Assembly: GCA_036560125.1 (NCBI GenBank)
Contig: DATBRW010000015.1
Coordinates: 1-35,008, forward strand
Direction: 5' to 3'
Length of the DNA stretch: 35,008 nucleotides
Source of the DNA: Candidatus Limnocylindria bacterium
Lineage (GTDB): Bacteria; Chloroflexota; Limnocylindria; QHBO01
Positions within the stretch are counted from its first letter, which is position 1, and every line of letters begins with the position of its first letter. The notes beneath the pieces are model-generated. The model made no database searches. It was not told the DNA's origin and saw nothing but the letters and a program-made list of their open reading frames with translations. Shown here piece after piece: positions 32,327 through 35,008 of this stretch. The position numbers were made by a program, and so were the translations under genes.

Positions 32327-32445
32327 GGCGAGGCTCTCCTTGGTTGGGTTCGAGCGCTCAGAAGCGGCCCCGGATCGTCGCGAGGCCGCGTCCGATTCTA
32401 GCGCAGGCGGCGCGCGGGATACCCATCAGCGAGAATGGGCGCCGC

Positions 32446-32883
32446 ATGTTCCGCCTCTTCGCCGGCGTGTTGCTGGGCCTCTGGTTGGGGGTCGCATTCG
32501 CCATCACGCTGCGCGAGGCGCATCCCCTGCCCGGGCAGGTCGTCAACGACAACTCCACCCCGTTCGCCACCATCCGGATCTATCTCGCCAACCTGGACTC
32601 GGCCTTCTGGATCGCGCAGGGGATTGGCAACCTGCTTCTGCTGCTGCCGGTGGGCCTGCTCGGCCCGATTGCGCTGCCGTGGCTGAACCGATGGTGGCGC
32701 GTGCTGCTGGTGGCGCTGATCCTGTCTGCCTGCATCGAGGCGGCGCAGCTCTGGATCCCGGAGCGCTCCGCCGACGTCGACGACGTGATGCTCAATGCGG
32801 TCGGCGCCCTGCTCGGCTATTGGCTGCTGCTCCTCATCCGGCCCCGCCCGAGCACGGGTGAGCCCCTTCTCGGCCCCGATTGA
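32446..32883 (+). CDS. VanZ-family membrane protein
   Basis: Start at internal ATG 32446 (MFRLFAGVLLGLWLG). Four TM segments and the C-terminal CIEAAQLWIPERSADVDDVMLNAVGALLGY match the VanZ signature (E..Q....R..D.DD...N..G). Confidence 0.75.
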   Translation: MFRLFAGVLLGLWLGVAFAITLREAHPLPGQVVNDNSTPFATIRIYLANLDSAFWIAQGIGNLLLLLPVGLLGPIALPWLNRWWRVLLVALILSACIEAAQLWIPERSADVDDVMLNAVGALLGYWLLLLIRPRPSTGEPLLGPD

Positions 32884-33073
32884 GCTTGAGCCAGAACGAC
32901 CGCCGTCCCGGGTTATGCACCACAGATATGGTGGCCGGAAGGTCGCCTGATTTCGGCCCTTCGGCGCATCGGTCTATGCAGGCTGGGGCATATCCGGTGG
33001 TCTGACAGCCACCAGGTTGCCCACACCATATCCCTGATGAATAGCCGCGCGATTAGCGGCCGAACCCCAGGGA

Positions 33074-35008
33074 TCAGCGGGTGGGGCGCTCCCGGTCGGA
33101 CATCTGGAGGATGTCGAGCATCGGCAGGTCGCGCTGGTATTCGCTGAACTCGAACTCCGGGCCGCAGCGCAGCGCGTCGTACGGGCAGGCATCAGCGCAG
33201 ATGCCGCAGAAGATGCACCGGCTGATGTCGAGCTGGTAGGTCTCCAAGGTGCGCGGTCGGGGCATCAGCGCGCCGACCGGGCAGGTCTCAGCACAGCGGC
33301 CGCACGACACGCACGGCGTCTCGTTCAGCGACACGAAGTCGGCAGTGGTGACCAGCGAGTCGAAGCCCTTGCCGATGAAGTCGTAGCAGCCGGCGCCCAC
33401 GATGTCCTTGCAGACCTGGGCGCAGCGCCCGCAGTCGATGCACCGGGAGTAGTCGCGAAGGATGAAGGAGTGCGTTTCGTCGCGGCCGTAGCCGTGGTTG
33501 ACGCCGACGTACGGGTTGTCCTGGATCGAGCGCTCGTCGATGGCCATGTTGAGCGTCGTCTCGTACTCGATCGCCGCCTCGCGCAGGTCGCAGTGGCCGA
33601 TCGCCTCGCAGGTGCACTGCAGGCAGCGCGCGGCCTCGCCCATGGCCTGGTCGTGCGTGTAGCCGAACTCGTACTCGTCGAAGTTCGTCTTGCGCTCCTC
33701 GGCGCCGAGCTTGCCCATCACCGCCTTCGGCTCCTTCACGTCGTCGGTGAAGGGCACGATGGTCAGGAAGTTGGGCTGCGGCTCGGACACGATGCGGCGC
33801 ACCTGCGGGTCGTCCAGGTCGTGCCCGCGCAGCCAGTAGTCGATGGCATAGGAGGCGCGCCGTCCCTCACCGATGGCCTCGACCACGGTGGTGGCCCCGG
33901 CCCGCACGTCGCCCGAGGCGAACACCCGCGGCACGCCGGTGCGGAAGATGTCCTCTTCGGCGACCAGCGTCCCGCGCCGGCTCACCTCCAGCTGGGCCCG
34001 GATCTCCTCCGGCTCGGACTCGATCCATGACAGCTCCGGTCCCTGGCCGATGGCGCCCAGCACGGTGTCGCACTCGACCACGAACTCGGTGCCGGGCATC
34101 GGCTCCGGGCGGCGGCGACCCTTCTCGTCGGGCGCCCCGAGCTTCATCCGCTGGAACTCGACGCCGGTCACCTTGTTGTTCCTGTCGGTCATGATGCGCA
34201 CCGGCGCGGCCTGGAAGATGACCCGCGCGCCCTCCTCGATCGCCTCGTGCACCTCGTCCTGCGACGGCATGTCCTTCAGGTCGCGGCGGTAGACGATCGA
34301 CACCTCGGCCGCGCCCTGCCGCAGGCTGGTGCGAGTGCAGTCGATGGCCGTGAAGCCGCCGCCGATGACGACCACCCTTGCGCCCTTCAGGGCCGGGATC
34401 GGCAGGCCGCGGGTGCTGTTGTAGAGGTTCTCCAGGGCGTTGACCACGCCGTCGGCATCCTCGCCGTGGATGCCCAGCTCGTTCGACTTGTAGCAGCCAA
34501 TGCCCACGTAGACCGCGTCATAGCCCTGCTCCAGCAGGTCGGCGACGTGGAAGTCGCGGCCGAGCCGCATGTTCGGCCTGAAGGTGGCGCCCAGCTCCCA
34601 GACGTGATTCAGCTCACGATCCATCCAGCCCTTCGGCAGGCGGTACTCGGGGATGCCGTAGCGCAGCATGCCGCCCTGCTCCGGATCGGCCTCGAAGACG
34701 TCGCAGTGATGGCCCCGCAGCTGCAGGTAGTAGGCGGCCGCCATGCCGGCCGGGCCGGCGCCGATGACCGCCACCCGGCGTCCGGTGTCCGGGTCCTTCG
34801 GCCATGGGATGGGCGCCGGCGCGTCCACCTCCAGCACGCGATCCGCACAGTACCGATGCGAGTCGCGGATGGCGATGGCAGTGTCGACCTCCTCGCGGCG
34901 GCAGTGCGTTTCGCACGGCGCCGGGCAGACGCGGCCCAGGATGGCGGGGAAGGGGAGCGAGCGCTTCAGGATGCGCGTCGCCTCCTCCCAGTTGCCCAGG
35001 CTGTTCTG
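33074..35008 (-). CDS. 5'-partial fusion protein: GltD-like NAD(P)H-dependent FAD/Fe-S oxidoreductase, NuoG/FdhA-N-terminal-like Fe-S region, and a NuoI-like 2x[4Fe-4S] C-terminus
   Basis: The frame is open to the window end: upstream of the ORF-track start it reads ...FPAILGRVCPAPCETHCRREEVDTAIAIR, the GltD N-terminal Fe-S motif. Then VAVIGAGPAGMAAAYYL, VVVIGGGFTAIDC and VFASGDV (GltD dinucleotide folds), then CLQCTCEAIGHCDL and CIDCGRCAQVCKD. The last ~80 aa are CVSCGRCAETCPVGAL...SRCIFCGICADACPYDALRCGPEFEFSEYQRDL, which closely resemble NuoI (E. coli CVACNLCAVACPVG...[34 protein letters not shown], from memory). Confidence 0.8.
   Translation of the reverse strand, partial: QNSLGNWEEATRILKRSLPFPAILGRVCPAPCETHCRREEVDTAIAIRDSHRYCADRVLEVDAPAPIPWPKDPDTGRRVAVIGAGPAGMAAAYYLQLRGHHCDVFEADPEQGGMLRYGIPEYRLPKGWMDRELNHVWELGATFRPNMRLGRDFHVADLLEQGYDAVYVGIGCYKSNELGIHGEDADGVVNALENLYNSTRGLPIPALKGARVVVIGGGFTAIDCTRTSLRQGAAEVSIVYRRDLKDMPSQDEVHEAIEEGARVIFQAAPVRIMTDRNNKVTGVEFQRMKLGAPDEKGRRRPEPMPGTEFVVECDTVLGAIGQGPELSWIESEPEEIRAQLEVSRRGTLVAEEDIFRTGVPRVFASGDVRAGATTVVEAIGEGRRASYAIDYWLRGHDLDDPQVRRIVSEPQPNFLTIVPFTDDVKEPKAVMGKLGAEERKTNFDEYEFGYTHDQAMGEAARCLQCTCEAIGHCDLREAAIEYETTLNMAIDERSIQDNPYVGVNHGYGRDETHSFILRDYSRCIDCGRCAQVCKDIVGAGCYDFIGKGFDSLVTTADFVSLNETPCVSCGRCAETCPVGALMPRPRTLETYQLDISRCIFCGICADACPYDALRCGPEFEFSEYQRDLPMLDILQMSDRERPTR

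Noticed and set aside
32341-32365. tRNA-like T-loop string GGTTCGAGC upstream of nuoJ
   Set aside because: There are no complementary T-stem, acceptor or anticodon arms around it. It lies in the nuoJ 5' region next to the SD, so it is not a tRNA.
1-35008. CRISPR arrays, insertion sequences, integrases, prophage or defence-system genes, rRNA/tRNA
   Set aside because: I scanned for regularly spaced direct repeats, terminal inverted repeats with transposase-like ORFs, and conserved RNA motifs, and found none. The only exact repeat noted is the 38-mer between the GNAT paralogs.

Overview
High-GC (roughly 68-70% by eye) bacterial chromosomal window. Gene content looks Actinomycetota-like, though a high-GC Chloroflexota-type organism cannot be excluded from sequence alone. 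I found no rRNA, tRNA, CRISPR array, transposase or integrase. About 35 protein genes are tightly packed, many joined by 4-nt ATGA/GTGA start-stop overlaps.

Left to right:
- a 5'-partial GT39/PMT-type membrane glycosyltransferase with a large soluble beta-propeller-like region;
- a PspC-domain plus LiaF/toastrack-like envelope-stress pair;
- a TetR regulator coupled to a PEP-utilising (PpsA/rifampin-phosphotransferase-like) enzyme;
- DUF4342 and a secreted M43 metalloprotease;
- a structured leader (promoter, 30-codon ORF, two terminator-like hairpins) in front of an ABC-2 exporter operon that also carries a 65-codon ORF with a near-perfect SD and three tandem two-domain MshD-like GNAT acetyltransferases;
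- on the minus strand, a compact phosphatidylinositol/PIM operon: ArsR, PIP synthase, frameshifted ino1, two PatA-like acyltransferases, a PHP phosphoesterase and PimA;
- an ABC-like module whose ATPase has lost its catalytic motifs, coupled to a permease and a DHA2 MFS transporter;
- a sortase-fold protein with Ser in place of the catalytic Cys;
- otsB and otsA;
- nuoJKLMN, with a His/Asp-rich insert in NuoL, an apparent CTG start for nuoJ, and otsA 4 nt downstream of nuoN;
- an oppositely oriented VanZ gene;
- a 5'-partial gene in the nuoI position that fuses a GltD-like NAD(P)H flavoprotein to NuoG-like and NuoI-like Fe-S modules.

The last gene is the most unusual feature I can support. 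All family assignments come from motif recognition by eye, not from searches.
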